A DNA stretch of 64,000 nucleotides from the NCBI GenBank assembly GCA_963713855.1, contig OY970209.1:128001-192000 (forward strand). Direction: 5' to 3'. This stretch comes from an uncultured bacterium. Lineage in GTDB: Bacteria; Babelota; Babeliae; Babelales; Babelaceae. Made by a program: the position numbers and the translations under genes. The stretch's first letter is position 1. Every line of letters begins with the position of its first letter. The notes below the pieces were generated by a model. That model had not been told where the DNA came from. It made no database searches and saw only the letters and a list, made by a program, of their open reading frames with translations. Shown in pieces: positions 9,722 to 19,976 of the stretch.

Positions 9722-10483
9722 TTGTTCATTTTTTTTGGAGCTCTTTGTTGGGGCTCCCTTTTAAACGTTATTGCATATAGTTGGCTCAATGCAGTTTCCT
9801 GGAGCGGCCGCCGCTCTACTTGCCCAAGCTGCAAGCACGCACTTTCTTGGTATGACCTTATTCCGCTCATATCCTGGATATTCCTTAATAGACAATGCCG
9901 TTATTGTAAAACCACCATTTCATGGCTTTATCCCTTGGTTGAAGCTATCACCGCTTTGTCTCTTACGCTCGCTTGGCTCTTATTGCCAATCGAATATATC
10001 CCCGCCTACTGGACGTTCTTTTCTGGGCTTATCATTACACTACGAACAGATTTAGAAGCCTACCTCGTTTTTAGACCTGCAACAATGGGTCTTCTTCCCA
10101 TAGCTTTTTTAACAAGTGCAATCGGGTTCCTACCTTTGACGCTTTTTGAAAGCATATTTGGAGCAATTACAGGTTACGCAATTCTCTGGATCATACGCAC
10201 CTTATTTTTTCGTCTCACGGGAAAAGAAGGGCTTGGAGAAGGGGACCTTGACATCTTAAGCATGGTTGGGGGATTTACCGGTATTACTGGTGTCTGGATA
10301 ACCCTTACCTTAAGCTCCATTTTGGGCTTAGTGGCTACCGGTCTTTATTTACTCTTTTATGGCAAGTCAACTACAACATCTTTTAAAGAGCTTCCTATAC
10401 CTTTCGGTCCATTTTTAGCGCTCGGAGCGATTTCATATGTCCTCTGGGGCAAAACGTTAACATGGTATATTTTGCATTGTTGA
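9722..10483 (+). CDS. pilD: Prepilin peptidase (A24)
   Basis: GSLLNV, RSTCPSC..IPLISW..CRYC zinc motif, GLGEGD, IPFGPFL. Confidence 0.93.
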   Translation: MFIFFGALCWGSLLNVIAYSWLNAVSWSGRRSTCPSCKHALSWYDLIPLISWIFLNRQCRYCKTTISWLYPLVEAITALSLTLAWLLLPIEYIPAYWTFFSGLIITLRTDLEAYLVFRPATMGLLPIAFLTSAIGFLPLTLFESIFGAITGYAILWIIRTLFFRLTGKEGLGEGDLDILSMVGGFTGITGVWITLTLSSILGLVATGLYLLFYGKSTTTSFKELPIPFGPFLALGAISYVLWGKTLTWYILHC

Positions 10484-10584
10484 TTTTTTCCCCAATTATG
10501 ATACCTTATAGTTAATCATATTAGACAATTTTTTGTTTTCTCTAATCGGATCTTCATGTTTTAAAAACAATCGCAGGTTAGTAT

Positions 10585-11688
10585 ATGAATTTATATAATA
10601 AAATATTTTTAGCTATTCTCTTTAGTATTATACCTTTATATGCTATTGCCCAGCATAAAAAAATAGTTACTGTTAACTATGTAAAGGGAATACATTTTGA
10701 TAGCGAAGGTCATTTTTATAGTAATGACGATGCAGTAAGATTTTTAGGGCAAGCAGCCAAAGAAGGCAAGGTTTCCAAAAATTTTAATACCATAAAAGCA
10801 GTACGAAAACTCTCTAAAGAATCTGCTGAAGGCTTGGCAAATGAGCAATTACTTTTAGTTAAATGTCAACAAGATGACTATATTATTAAAGAAATTAGAA
10901 GAGATAAAGATCCGCGTGGAGAAATTGCACGGTTAGAACACGCTCGCCAAGCTCAGAGCCTACAAGAGTATATTCATCCCAAAAATAAAGGAAAATTACA
11001 ATTTATCTTTCCGCTTAGTTATTTACGATATATCTATAATGACAAAGAACACATTTTAGTAGTGATGCCACGAGCAAAGGGTGAACGTTTGCAATCGATT
11101 ATGGAGAAGTTTAAGAATAATCCCTATGATCGAAATGTTATTGCTTTAGCATGTAGAGCATATGACGATCTTGGTAATGCAATGGGCAAATTTTACCAAC
11201 ATCAAGGTAATCTCGATCATACTATAGTTCATAATGATTTTCATCACGGTAATATTATGTATGATGCAAAGCAGCATCTAATTACGCTCGTTGATAATGA
11301 GCGAATTTCTCGATCACTTAATTCTCCTACAGATATAAGTAGTGATTTGGGTTATCTATTTGTTACTTCGCCTTTTGTTATTGAATGGGCCCATCCAGAG
11401 TTCATTAAAGGTTTAGACGTTCATCGTTGGTATAAAATTTCGTTAACAAGCTTTATACTTGGCTTTATGCGGGCTTATCCACATGAACAACGCCTTGACG
11501 TATTTAAAAAAGTGATGTCATTATTACTCAGATGGAATGTTGAAGTAAATAAAGATGCTTCACGAGAAATGCGTGGTATTATCAAAGAAATTCTTATTAA
11601 TAATGACAAAAACGATCAGAATCTTGAGCGGCAGTTATTACACGAAGGGAAGAGTCTGCAGGAAATCCGAATTTGGATACAGCGGTAA
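10585..11688 (+). CDS. Secreted protein-kinase-like/APH-type phosphotransferase
   Basis: Signal peptide; YIIKE, VHNDFHHGNIM catalytic loop, LVDNE Mg-binding motif. Confidence 0.75.
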   Translation: MNLYNKIFLAILFSIIPLYAIAQHKKIVTVNYVKGIHFDSEGHFYSNDDAVRFLGQAAKEGKVSKNFNTIKAVRKLSKESAEGLANEQLLLVKCQQDDYIIKEIRRDKDPRGEIARLEHARQAQSLQEYIHPKNKGKLQFIFPLSYLRYIYNDKEHILVVMPRAKGERLQSIMEKFKNNPYDRNVIALACRAYDDLGNAMGKFYQHQGNLDHTIVHNDFHHGNIMYDAKQHLITLVDNERISRSLNSPTDISSDLGYLFVTSPFVIEWAHPEFIKGLDVHRWYKISLTSFILGFMRAYPHEQRLDVFKKVMSLLLRWNVEVNKDASREMRGIIKEILINNDKNDQNLERQLLHEGKSLQEIRIWIQR

Positions 11689-11869
11689 AAATTACGCTTA
11701 ACGAAAACAGTAGAGCATTTAACAAAAAAGACTTAGAGGCAATATTTGTTGCATGAGTGCCTATCTTAATTGAAGCACACGACAATCAGCTATTTGAAGC
11801 GGCCCATGAAAAGGAAGAGCGGAATTTATAAGATCGGTTGTTGACTTAAGAGATTGAAAGAGGCTCATT

Positions 11870-12617
11870 TTAAAATGAGCCTCTTTTTTCTTGTTTAATT
11901 TCTTTTTTTCTTAAAGTGGAATATCTAAAACAGGTCTTTCTGTCAAAATACGGATGTATCGTTTCAAATTGTAGATGTGCAAGGGCCGCTTTTATAAGAG
12001 GCGGAGTTTGCACGCCGTTGATATACTTTTCCAGATCGCTCATAAGCTCAGCAATTCGCGCTGGCGGAGGTAGAATAAGCCTACCAACACGTACCGCTCG
12101 CTTTCTATAGAAGCCGGGATCAGCTTCATCCTCGATGCCACCAAGAAGTGCCCTGTGCGCGTCCAATATGACTTGTGAATTGATGGATATATGTTCTTGT
12201 TGGATGCTATTAAGAGCACTCGTAAGAGCAGAAATATAATTCATAACAACTGACTACCTTTATCAGGCGTCGTAGATGATAGTCGCTACAAATATCAGAT
12301 ATAGTAGCGTAGATCTTTTCGATAGCAGACGAAAATACTGCTTCTTTAATAACGAATGCTTGTGCAAAATGATCTACGTTAGGCAAACGCTTTACCAGTT
12401 CATCAAGCCTTGTTACGCATATCAGAGCTTCATCATGAAGCGGCGATGGCTTAAAATCGAGCTCATCATAGGAAGGAAGATCGTATGGCACAAAGTGCTT
12501 TATCTCATTAATCACTTCATAAAAACCAGCCGTAGTACCTTGGCCCTCACCCTTACATAAAATAAGCAAACTTAAGACAACAAGCATCGTTCTTGTAATC
12601 ACAGCATATACTTTCAA
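11870..12617 (-). pseudogene. Fic-family protein, frameshifted and truncated
   Basis: Fic N-terminal part (KEAVFSSAIE) in ORF 12210-12617; Fic core (PGFYR..AALAHLQFETIHPYFD) in another frame; motif breaks off after HPYFD, with no GNGR. Confidence 0.8.
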
Positions 12618-12712
12618 TAACGTCTAAAATACCTTAGCGAAATCTCGATGACGTTGTAAAGATGGTGGTAGTAAAGGAAAGAATCAATAACATTTATTAA
12701 TCAAAAAAAAGC

Positions 12713-13501
12713 TCACATTAGACACCGATAAAGAAAAGCGCTATAAAGTATCGCAAGACCCACGAGTGCTGTTGAACAAACGTACTCCTTAAGCACCTTA
12801 TTGCTAATCTCATCCATCTCTTCAGTTAACTTTCTTAGACTCGTCGCTTTCTCAAGAAAAAATAGAGCATCTAACTCTTTTGAATTCGCTTTTTTTAAGT
12901 ACTCTTCAGCAATTTGATATTTCTCTTTCAGAAGATAGAGCGCGCCAAGTTCTACGTATATCCTCGGATAAATGCGAGGATCAGCATTTGAGTTTCTCAT
13001 TGATTTTAGGAGATATTCCTCAGCAATATCTAATTCTTGGCGCTTTAAATGTTTAACCCCGATAAACCCTTGTGCGTAACTGTCACCTTGATCAGCTGCC
13101 AATTTAAAATAGTAGTATGCCAATTCATCATTTTTCTCTTCGCTATAAAGGGAGGCCACAAATCCTTGAGCTTTTAAATGTCCCCGATCAGCAGCTAATT
13201 TTGCATAGTGCTTACATTGTTCAGTTTGACCATTTTTATAATATAGACCTGCGAGTAAATATTGAGCATGTGAAACCCCAAAAACATCCGCCACATGTTT
13301 AAGGACTTCTTCATTGCCCTGGTCATAAAAGTACCCTAGTTTTGATTTTATCTCATCGTCAACAGCGCCTCTCAAGACCTTAATTTCTTCAAAGAGTTGT
13401 GACAGCTCTTTTTCAGCATCTGACACTTTTGAATGTCCAAAGACGTTTGAGCTGATTAACGAAAACAGACATATCACTTTTAAGGTATTTTTGCCGCTCA
13501 T
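12713..13501 (-). CDS. Sel1/TPR-repeat protein with signal peptide and C-terminal TM helix
   Basis: AQYLLA..KLAADRGH.KAQ..KLAADQGD.YAQ repeats; probable start MSGKN at 13501. Confidence 0.8.
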   Translation of the reverse strand: MSGKNTLKVICLFSLISSNVFGHSKVSDAEKELSQLFEEIKVLRGAVDDEIKSKLGYFYDQGNEEVLKHVADVFGVSHAQYLLAGLYYKNGQTEQCKHYAKLAADRGHLKAQGFVASLYSEEKNDELAYYYFKLAADQGDSYAQGFIGVKHLKRQELDIAEEYLLKSMRNSNADPRIYPRIYVELGALYLLKEKYQIAEEYLKKANSKELDALFFLEKATSLRKLTEEMDEISNKVLKEYVCSTALVGLAILYSAFLYRCLM

Positions 13502-13550
13502 ACTATTTCTCAATTCCACCATTTTCAATTTATGAAGCTGCTTAAGCATC

Positions 13551-14003
13551 TTAAGATAGATCATCCCGTTCTATTTTAATAACGCCATTTTGATCAATGG
13601 TAAGAACATCTAGCTCCGAGTCGCCATCAATGTCTCCAGCAGCAGCTATTTTAAATCTGTCCTTATTCACACTTGCTCCTTTAAGAGCACTTGATGAAGC
13701 TTTTGAAGATCCAATAACATTATTAATTCCCCCTTTTCCGCTAAACCCATACGTATAGAGGGGTTGACCTTCTGTTTTCCAGCCGAGGCTTTCGGGACCT
13801 GTAAGGCGATCGGTGTAACGACCATGTTCTGCGAAATAAGCTTTTTGAGCTATGTATAAAGCCCTTAAATGAGTATACGCCTCAGTTCTTTTAGCTTTTG
13901 CAAAAAAACGTGTAAAACTGGGCAATGCGATTATGGATAAAAAAGCAATGATTGCTATGACCACCATGAGCTCAAGTAAGGTAAATCCATTTTTTGGGCT
14001 CAT
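13551..14003 (-). CDS. Type IV pilin
   Basis: Prepilin site KNG^FTLLELMVVIAII, AKRTEA, GDIDGD. Confidence 0.9.
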   Translation of the reverse strand: MSPKNGFTLLELMVVIAIIAFLSIIALPSFTRFFAKAKRTEAYTHLRALYIAQKAYFAEHGRYTDRLTGPESLGWKTEGQPLYTYGFSGKGGINNVIGSSKASSSALKGASVNKDRFKIAAAGDIDGDSELDVLTIDQNGVIKIERDDLS

Positions 14004-14192
14004 AATATCCTTTTTAGGTCAACTTTTACGGAATTCGGGCACCGAATAAGCCCGGTTTTAAGATGTAAAGTTTAATAACTATAAAAAAAGCTAACGAATT
14101 GTAAAGGGGCAACGCGCTTAAGATGGGCGGTTATTAACATTTATATTTATTTGAAAATTTAAAATTCGGTCCATAATTAAACTATTTTTTCT

Positions 14193-14220
14193 TTGACATT
14201 TTAATAAATAACGATAGATT
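14193..14220 (+). promoter_or_regulatory. sigma70-like promoter
   Basis: TTGACA-16 bp-TAGATT upstream of the folC-like gene. Confidence 0.45.
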
Positions 14221-14287
14221 ATTCAAAAATACCTTTTTTACCTTCGGGTAAAAATACTATTAAGAGCAGCCCAAATGGAGATACAGT

Positions 14288-15712
14288 ATGATGGATACGA
14301 TTAAGCAATCCGTACCTAAAGGAGTGTTAGGAGCAAACAAGCAGCGCACGTATTCAGAGATTAATGATTTTTTGGATAAGCGCTGGAATGTACCGCAGGA
14401 CAAGCATTGCCTTGAGCGCATGAAAGCTTTAGATGCTGCGCTTGGGCTTCCTTCGCAAAAAATACCTACCATTCTTGTTGCTGGAACCAATGGTAAAAGT
14501 TTGACCATTCAGTTCACCACTCAGCTTCTAAAAACTGAAGGGTTGAAAGTTGGTTCATTTTATGCACCGCATGTATTGACCTACAACGAGCGTTTTAGCA
14601 TTAACAATGAGACTATTTCTAATAAAAGCTTTACCGAAATAGCGAATGAGGTTCTTAATGCCGCTGAGGGCCTTGAGCTCAAAGCTGGTGCTCAAGAACT
14701 TTTAACGATGATAGCTCTTTGTTATTTTGTGCAGCAGAAGGTTGAGGCGGCCGTTCTTGAGGTTGACAAGCTTACAAGCTTTAACCCTGCGGCAATTTGT
14801 ACGCCAAAAATTGTTACAATTACACGTATCACACCAACAAATACCAGTATTGATGATGCAAAGCTTGAAGAAATAACGCGTGAAATTATGAGCCTTGTTA
14901 AAAAAGGTACTCATGTCATCGCTGGTGATCAGAGCAAAAACCATCTACACATCATGCAGGAATCGACGGAAAAGCTCCATGCTCATTGGGCTATGCCGAT
15001 ACGTAAACTTGCTGCACTCATTTATCCATTTGAGCAATTGCACGGCCGCTGTGCTGCTTTAGCTGAGCGAACTGCTCAGATCTTTGTTGAAAAAATACTT
15101 GCCCGTAATGCCACCCTTGTTATGGACAGCCTTCTTACCAAGCAAAAGGGCCAGCGCGGAAGGCCAACAATCGAGGAAAAGCGTCGCGCAGAACTGTACC
15201 CTAAAAAGACTATCGATCAATTCTGGAAAGAGACAACTAATGAGTTGCCCTGCCGTTTCCAGCTTCTTGATAAAGAAAAACCAAGTATACTTCTTGATAA
15301 TGCGAGAAACCTAGACGCATTCAAAAATCTTCTTCTTGGTATTCGCTTGCTTCATTACCAAAGACCGCTTAAAGGCTTGAGCATCGTTGTTGCTGCTGCG
15401 CACAATACGCTGCACAACGAAGAGTTTCTCAAACTCCTTCGCTATTTCTTCAAAAAGACTTCAGGTCAACTTTTCATTTGCCCTATTGAGGATGCTCTAC
15501 CTGGACTTCAAGAAGAGACCACTTGGAATGTTGAGCAAGTGACCAATGATGTTAAAAGCATGAAGATTAAAGCTCGAGCATGTAAGAATTTTGAAGAAGC
15601 GCTCGATCTTGCTAAAAAGTCTGTTGATGAGCGTAGTGGATTGGTTGTTGTTACCGGTTCACAATCGATTATCTACCAGTACTGGAAGCAAAAAGGCATC
15701 AAAAAGCTATAA
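14288..15712 (+). CDS. folC: FolC/Mur-ligase-family protein (divergent folylpolyglutamate synthase-like)
   Basis: VAGTNGKS P-loop, PHVLTYNERF, AVLEV, PCRFQ..ILLDNARN, VVTGS. Confidence 0.7.
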   Translation: MMDTIKQSVPKGVLGANKQRTYSEINDFLDKRWNVPQDKHCLERMKALDAALGLPSQKIPTILVAGTNGKSLTIQFTTQLLKTEGLKVGSFYAPHVLTYNERFSINNETISNKSFTEIANEVLNAAEGLELKAGAQELLTMIALCYFVQQKVEAAVLEVDKLTSFNPAAICTPKIVTITRITPTNTSIDDAKLEEITREIMSLVKKGTHVIAGDQSKNHLHIMQESTEKLHAHWAMPIRKLAALIYPFEQLHGRCAALAERTAQIFVEKILARNATLVMDSLLTKQKGQRGRPTIEEKRRAELYPKKTIDQFWKETTNELPCRFQLLDKEKPSILLDNARNLDAFKNLLLGIRLLHYQRPLKGLSIVVAAAHNTLHNEEFLKLLRYFFKKTSGQLFICPIEDALPGLQEETTWNVEQVTNDVKSMKIKARACKNFEEALDLAKKSVDERSGLVVVTGSQSIIYQYWKQKGIKKL

Positions 15713-15719
15713 CCCCTTC

Positions 15720-15752
15720 GAGGCAGGGTTATGCACCCTGCCTCTTTTTTTT
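15720..15752 (+). terminator. Rho-independent terminator
   Basis: GAGGCAGGGT-tatgc-ACCCTGCCTC followed by a T-run. Confidence 0.8.
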
Positions 15753-15754
15753 GC

Positions 15755-15910
15755 CCTTTTTTGCACGAAGTGCTTGCATGTAACGTAAGACACGTGTCGT
15801 GTCTTACGTTTATTTACGGGCAACGCCCGACTGGCTTGAGGTGCAGGAGGCACATAAGCGCGGGACCCTCGCTTTATGTTCCCGCCGCTGAACGCGTAGT
15901 TCGCTTTTTT
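15755..15910 (+). repeat. Structured dispersed element, copy E1
   Basis: Aligns end to end with the reverse complement of 26341-26470; shares its core with 29865-29993 and 32332-32660. Confidence 0.85.
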
Positions 15911-16009
15911 TGTAGTTTGCTTTTTTTAAAGCCACTATTTTAACAGTTGCATGCTTACGACCTTCCTCTTATACTGTTAAAAAGGCCTTTACCAAAGGAC
16001 ATAACTACT

Positions 16010-16744
16010 GTGCAATCGATGGAACTTTTTGAGCAACATACCTGGCGACCCTTTGAGGCTATGGGTTTTACGCATTCTTTTTGGTCTCTCAACAGAGAAA
16101 CGATCCTTTACACATGGGTTGTCTTAGGCATACTTACAGTATTTGCCCTTTTTGTGCGCTATTTTATACGCAGGCCTGATACGATTCCTGGAACTATTGC
16201 GGAGACGTATGTACGTTCGTTCATGCAAATGATTACGCAGACGCTTGAGTATTTTGAGTATCGTTACTGTGCTTTTATCGGATCACTTTTTACGTTCATT
16301 TTCGTATGTAACGTGCTCATTCTTTTTCCCTACATGGAAGAGCCGACCAAGGATATTAACACGACGCTGGCACTTGCGATTATTTCATTTTTATACGTAC
16401 AGAAAGAGTCTATTCGTGCTCATGGTATTGGTGGCTATATTAAGGAATTTTTTAAGCCCTTTTTCATTTTTTTCCCACTAGAAGTACTTGGGCGGCTAGC
16501 GACTGTTGTATCACTTTCATTTCGCCTTTTTGGAAACATTTTTGGCGGCTCCATTATTAGCACCATGTGGAATTACGCTATATCAGGCTCGATTTTAGCT
16601 CAGATTGCTGGTACTTTGCTTGGTATAAACATTGTAATCATGCTTTTTTTTGGTATTTTTGAAGGCTTTATCCAGGCCTTTGTATTTTCTATTTTAAGCT
16701 TAACGTACCTTTCTATGGCAGTTTCTGAGGAGCAACATGAATGA
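16010..16744 (+). CDS. atpB: F0F1 ATP synthase subunit a
   Basis: PTKDINTTLALA, SLSFRLFGNI (conserved Arg), EGFIQAFVF; probable GTG start at 16010. Confidence 0.95.
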   Translation: MQSMELFEQHTWRPFEAMGFTHSFWSLNRETILYTWVVLGILTVFALFVRYFIRRPDTIPGTIAETYVRSFMQMITQTLEYFEYRYCAFIGSLFTFIFVCNVLILFPYMEEPTKDINTTLALAIISFLYVQKESIRAHGIGGYIKEFFKPFFIFFPLEVLGRLATVVSLSFRLFGNIFGGSIISTMWNYAISGSILAQIAGTLLGINIVIMLFFGIFEGFIQAFVFSILSLTYLSMAVSEEQHE

Positions 16745-17675
16745 CCTAGCCCACTCATTCACAGTCGCGTCATTGGTTGTTCTGCCTGCCTTAGGTGTAG
16801 GCATTGGCCAAGGTCGCGTGAACAAGGCTGCTGTTGAAGCGATTAACGAGCAGCCTGCTGTTGAAAGCGCTATTAGGCGATTAGCACTTATTTCACTCAC
16901 CTTAAGTGAAACGGCTGTACTTTTAGGCGTCGTTATGGCGAGTCTGATTCTTCGTGGCCCTGTTTTAAAAGCACCGCTTAATCTTTCTTACATCGGAATC
17001 ATCTTTGGCTGCGCTATTCCTGGCTTTATGGTCGGTCTTGTATCTGCGGGTCCTGGTATTGCTGCTCTAAAAGCTGCAGCGCGTCAGCCGCTTTTCATTG
17101 CCAAAATTACTCAACTTTTACTGATTAGCCAGGCCGTTATTCAAACTTCGACCATTTTTGGCTTTATTATAGCGCTCGTTTTACGAAGCCAGGCTTCGAC
17201 AGGAAACTCATCTGATGGCATACGCCTATGTATGAGTGGGGTATGCTTTGGTATTGCGGTTATCGGACCACTTTTGGGCCTAGGCTTTTTTACGAAAGCG
17301 GTGTGCACTGTTGCAGGCCTTAACAGAGCTATTTACCCGCGCCTTAGAACCTTTGCTTTTATAAGCCAAGCGCTTATAGAAGCACCGGTCGTTTTTTCGC
17401 TTATCATCGCACTTGTTTTAGCTATAAGCGGATCTAAAAGCCCCTCTATTGCAAGAAACGCAGCTTTTATAGCGGCAGCATTTATTATGGGACTTACAAC
17501 GCTTGCAACAGGCCTTAATTCAAGCCGCACTGCAACAACCACCGCCAAACTTCTTTCTAAATACCCTGATCAGTACCCTACCCTATCGAAAATGAGCATG
17601 GTCACCCAAACCTTCATCGACACTTCAGCAATTTACGGGCTTCTTGATTGCCTTATCATACTCTGGGCAAGCTAA
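16737..17675 (+). CDS. atpE: ATP synthase subunit c, four tandem fused hairpins (8 TM)
   Basis: Four ~79-aa repeats: GVGIGQG..EQP..E58; RQP..Q136; E215; KYP..D295; overlaps the atpB stop. Confidence 0.88.
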   Translation: MNDLAHSFTVASLVVLPALGVGIGQGRVNKAAVEAINEQPAVESAIRRLALISLTLSETAVLLGVVMASLILRGPVLKAPLNLSYIGIIFGCAIPGFMVGLVSAGPGIAALKAAARQPLFIAKITQLLLISQAVIQTSTIFGFIIALVLRSQASTGNSSDGIRLCMSGVCFGIAVIGPLLGLGFFTKAVCTVAGLNRAIYPRLRTFAFISQALIEAPVVFSLIIALVLAISGSKSPSIARNAAFIAAAFIMGLTTLATGLNSSRTATTTAKLLSKYPDQYPTLSKMSMVTQTFIDTSAIYGLLDCLIILWAS

Positions 17676-17753
17676 AAATCGGACATTAATCATTGATTTT
17701 TATCTATAATTTATTCTAATATAAAATTATAAGTTTTATTAAACGGAGAATGT

Positions 17754-17975
17754 ATGAAAAAGCACGTACTATGCTTGACGCTCTTTCTTTTCATGTCTTC
17801 TGGAGTGCAAGCACTTCATGAGGCATCTTACACTAAATCAAACTCATGGGCCACGGCCATTGAAAAATTACTGTCTCCACTCTTTCAAGAATTAATGCCC
17901 GCAGATGAAGTTACAAGTTGGATCTCATGGGCTAGCGGATTAGTCAAAAAAGTCGCATCAACAATAAGCGAATAA
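17754..17975 (+). CDS. Small secreted hypothetical protein
   Basis: GGAG RBS, MKKH..VQA signal peptide. Confidence 0.6.
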   Translation: MKKHVLCLTLFLFMSSGVQALHEASYTKSNSWATAIEKLLSPLFQELMPADEVTSWISWASGLVKKVASTISE

Positions 17976-18067
17976 AAGCTGCCCTTTGTTATTTTTAAAA
18001 AACGGTAAATCACACCAAATTGAACTGTCACCTAAATATTCCCAAGCAGATGTGCCAAAGCAAAATT

Positions 18068-19348
18068 TTAACTATTAATCAACTGAGCATTCTCTCCCGT
18101 GCGCCGATTGTGCAGGTATCTCTTGAGAATGAACCCGGAAACCACTGCCGCAGCAACAAAAACAACGGCAGCACCGGCTCCCACACTAACACCTATAACA
18201 CAATCCATATTACAACTCTTGTTACTGTTATTTCCATTATTGCTCTTGCCACAGCCGAATACAGTGACATCATTTGAATTCTCATTAGCAGTAGCAATAT
18301 ATAAGCTGCCTGGTGAAAAGGCGATTGAATTCGCGCCGCTCGACTCAGATGGTAAATTAGTCACTTCACTTTTGCTCAATCTACCTTCATTGTCTACGTC
18401 AAACAGTGCTATTGCGCTAGAAGAACCACCAATAACAATAGCCAGGTACATACCATTTGGTGAAAATGCCGCAGCAGTGAAATAGCCGTAAAAGGAAGGT
18501 AATGCGTATGAGGTGCCCTTACTCAGGGAGCCATCTGGCTCCACACTAAATATGGTTACGTCAGCTGAAAGAATATTAGCAGTAACAAGATACGAGCCGT
18601 TGGGTGAAAAAGATACGGAATTGGGAGTTTTAGAGCCGGAGGGTAATGCATATGATTTTCCTGTGCTCAGTTTGCCGTCTGGGCCGACACCAAAAATCGT
18701 CACATCGCGCGAATTCTGATTAGCGATAGCTAAAAGGGCACTATTTGGTGAAAATGCTATCGACGTAGGAGTAGCTGTCCCCGATGGTAATGCATATGAT
18801 ATTCCACCCGTTAGAATACCGCCAATTCCTACAGTAAACACGCTAATATTAGTTGAACCGATATTAGCAGTAGCAAGATATGAGCCATTGGGCGAAAATG
18901 CTAGGGCAATAGGTTGATAAGAACCAGAAGGCAGCGAATACGAAGCAGCAACTTTCGAGACACTCCCATCTCCTACAATATTAAACACTGTTACATCATT
19001 TGATTCACTATTGGCAGTAGCGAAATACCGGCTATCGGGCGCAAATGCTGCTGCACAAGGATTTTTAGAGCCCGACGGTAAAGGAAGCGAAATAGGTGTA
19101 CTTAGCACTCCAGACTCTTCGACGTTAAACACTGTTACATTATTTGAAACAGGAGGTGGAAAACTTCCTTTGTAAATAGTTGCTGTAACAAGGTATGAGC
19201 CATCGGGTGAATATACTACTGATGAAGGTGCTGAAGACCCGACTGGTAACGCATAGGAAGTGCCGCCATTATTTAGGGAGCAATCAGCATTGAGTCTTCC
19301 GTTTGTTGCCATTACTAGTAGCGTAGCAAGTAAAGTTGTGTTGTTCAT
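18068..19348 (-). CDS. 7-bladed beta-propeller (lactonase-like) surface protein with C-terminal TM anchor
   Basis: Seven ~45-aa repeats SY.LPSGS..P.S..FSPNG.YL.TAN..S.DVT.F; hydrophobic C-terminal helix followed by basic residues. Confidence 0.85.
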   Translation of the reverse strand: MNNTTLLATLLVMATNGRLNADCSLNNGGTSYALPVGSSAPSSVVYSPDGSYLVTATIYKGSFPPPVSNNVTVFNVEESGVLSTPISLPLPSGSKNPCAAAFAPDSRYFATANSESNDVTVFNIVGDGSVSKVAASYSLPSGSYQPIALAFSPNGSYLATANIGSTNISVFTVGIGGILTGGISYALPSGTATPTSIAFSPNSALLAIANQNSRDVTIFGVGPDGKLSTGKSYALPSGSKTPNSVSFSPNGSYLVTANILSADVTIFSVEPDGSLSKGTSYALPSFYGYFTAAAFSPNGMYLAIVIGGSSSAIALFDVDNEGRLSKSEVTNLPSESSGANSIAFSPGSLYIATANENSNDVTVFGCGKSNNGNNSNKSCNMDCVIGVSVGAGAAVVFVAAAVVSGFILKRYLHNRRTGENAQLINS

Positions 19349-19976
19349 CCTGTTCTTTCCCAGTAGATTACTTGACAGTTTTCACGGCACTATATAAGCA
19401 CTGTTGACTCTAATGGGGTAAAATTTTAATGTCAACAATCGCATACATCTAGATTGGGTATCACAAGAAAAAGAAATATGCCGCTATGGGTGAAGAATCT
19501 TCAGCTATGAAGCAAGTACCTGATAGCTAATGAAAGTAATTAGCCTTTAGACGCCGAACTCATACGCACATGACCTAAAATTTGATGAATGATTTTTCTG
19601 GCAATGTTTCAAATATAGTTCCTGCCTGTGCACCATATAACCCTTGATGAGCCCCAGCTATCGTTTGACCCAGGTAGTTAGCTCGTTGGTGGGTAGTCGA
19701 TGAGCGTGTTTTGAATGAACTTGAGGCTATGAAGGTGCAAAACATCTTCTAAGACCGTTTACTTAACGCTATTGTTTTTAGAAAGTTTAGCGAGATTTTG
19801 AATTTGTTAAAGGAGAAAACTAGTATAGAAAATATAAGCAGTCTGAAGTATTCCATTACTATTACAAAATTACAATGCTGAAATTTTAACCACTTTCACT
19901 ATTTTAGTACCAAATAAATAGTCGAAACATAAGTTCGAATAAAATGCGCGCACGCCTTGCGGCTCAGAATAAGCGA

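Noticed and set aside
15755..15910. atp-specific riboswitch or leader
   Set aside because: Near-identical copies occur in unrelated gene contexts and orientations
15731..16009. ORF 15731-15943 as atpI, and the 5' extension of atpB from 15947
   Set aside because: The ORF is just the repeat element translated; the RBS supports the GTG start at 16010
18099..18719. Antisense ORFs within the propeller gene, and similar shadow ORFs across the window
   Set aside because: Expected open frames opposite real genes
19380..19970. ~600-bp intergenic stretch with stop-interrupted coding-like segments
   Set aside because: Possibly a decayed gene, but no recognisable motif supports a call
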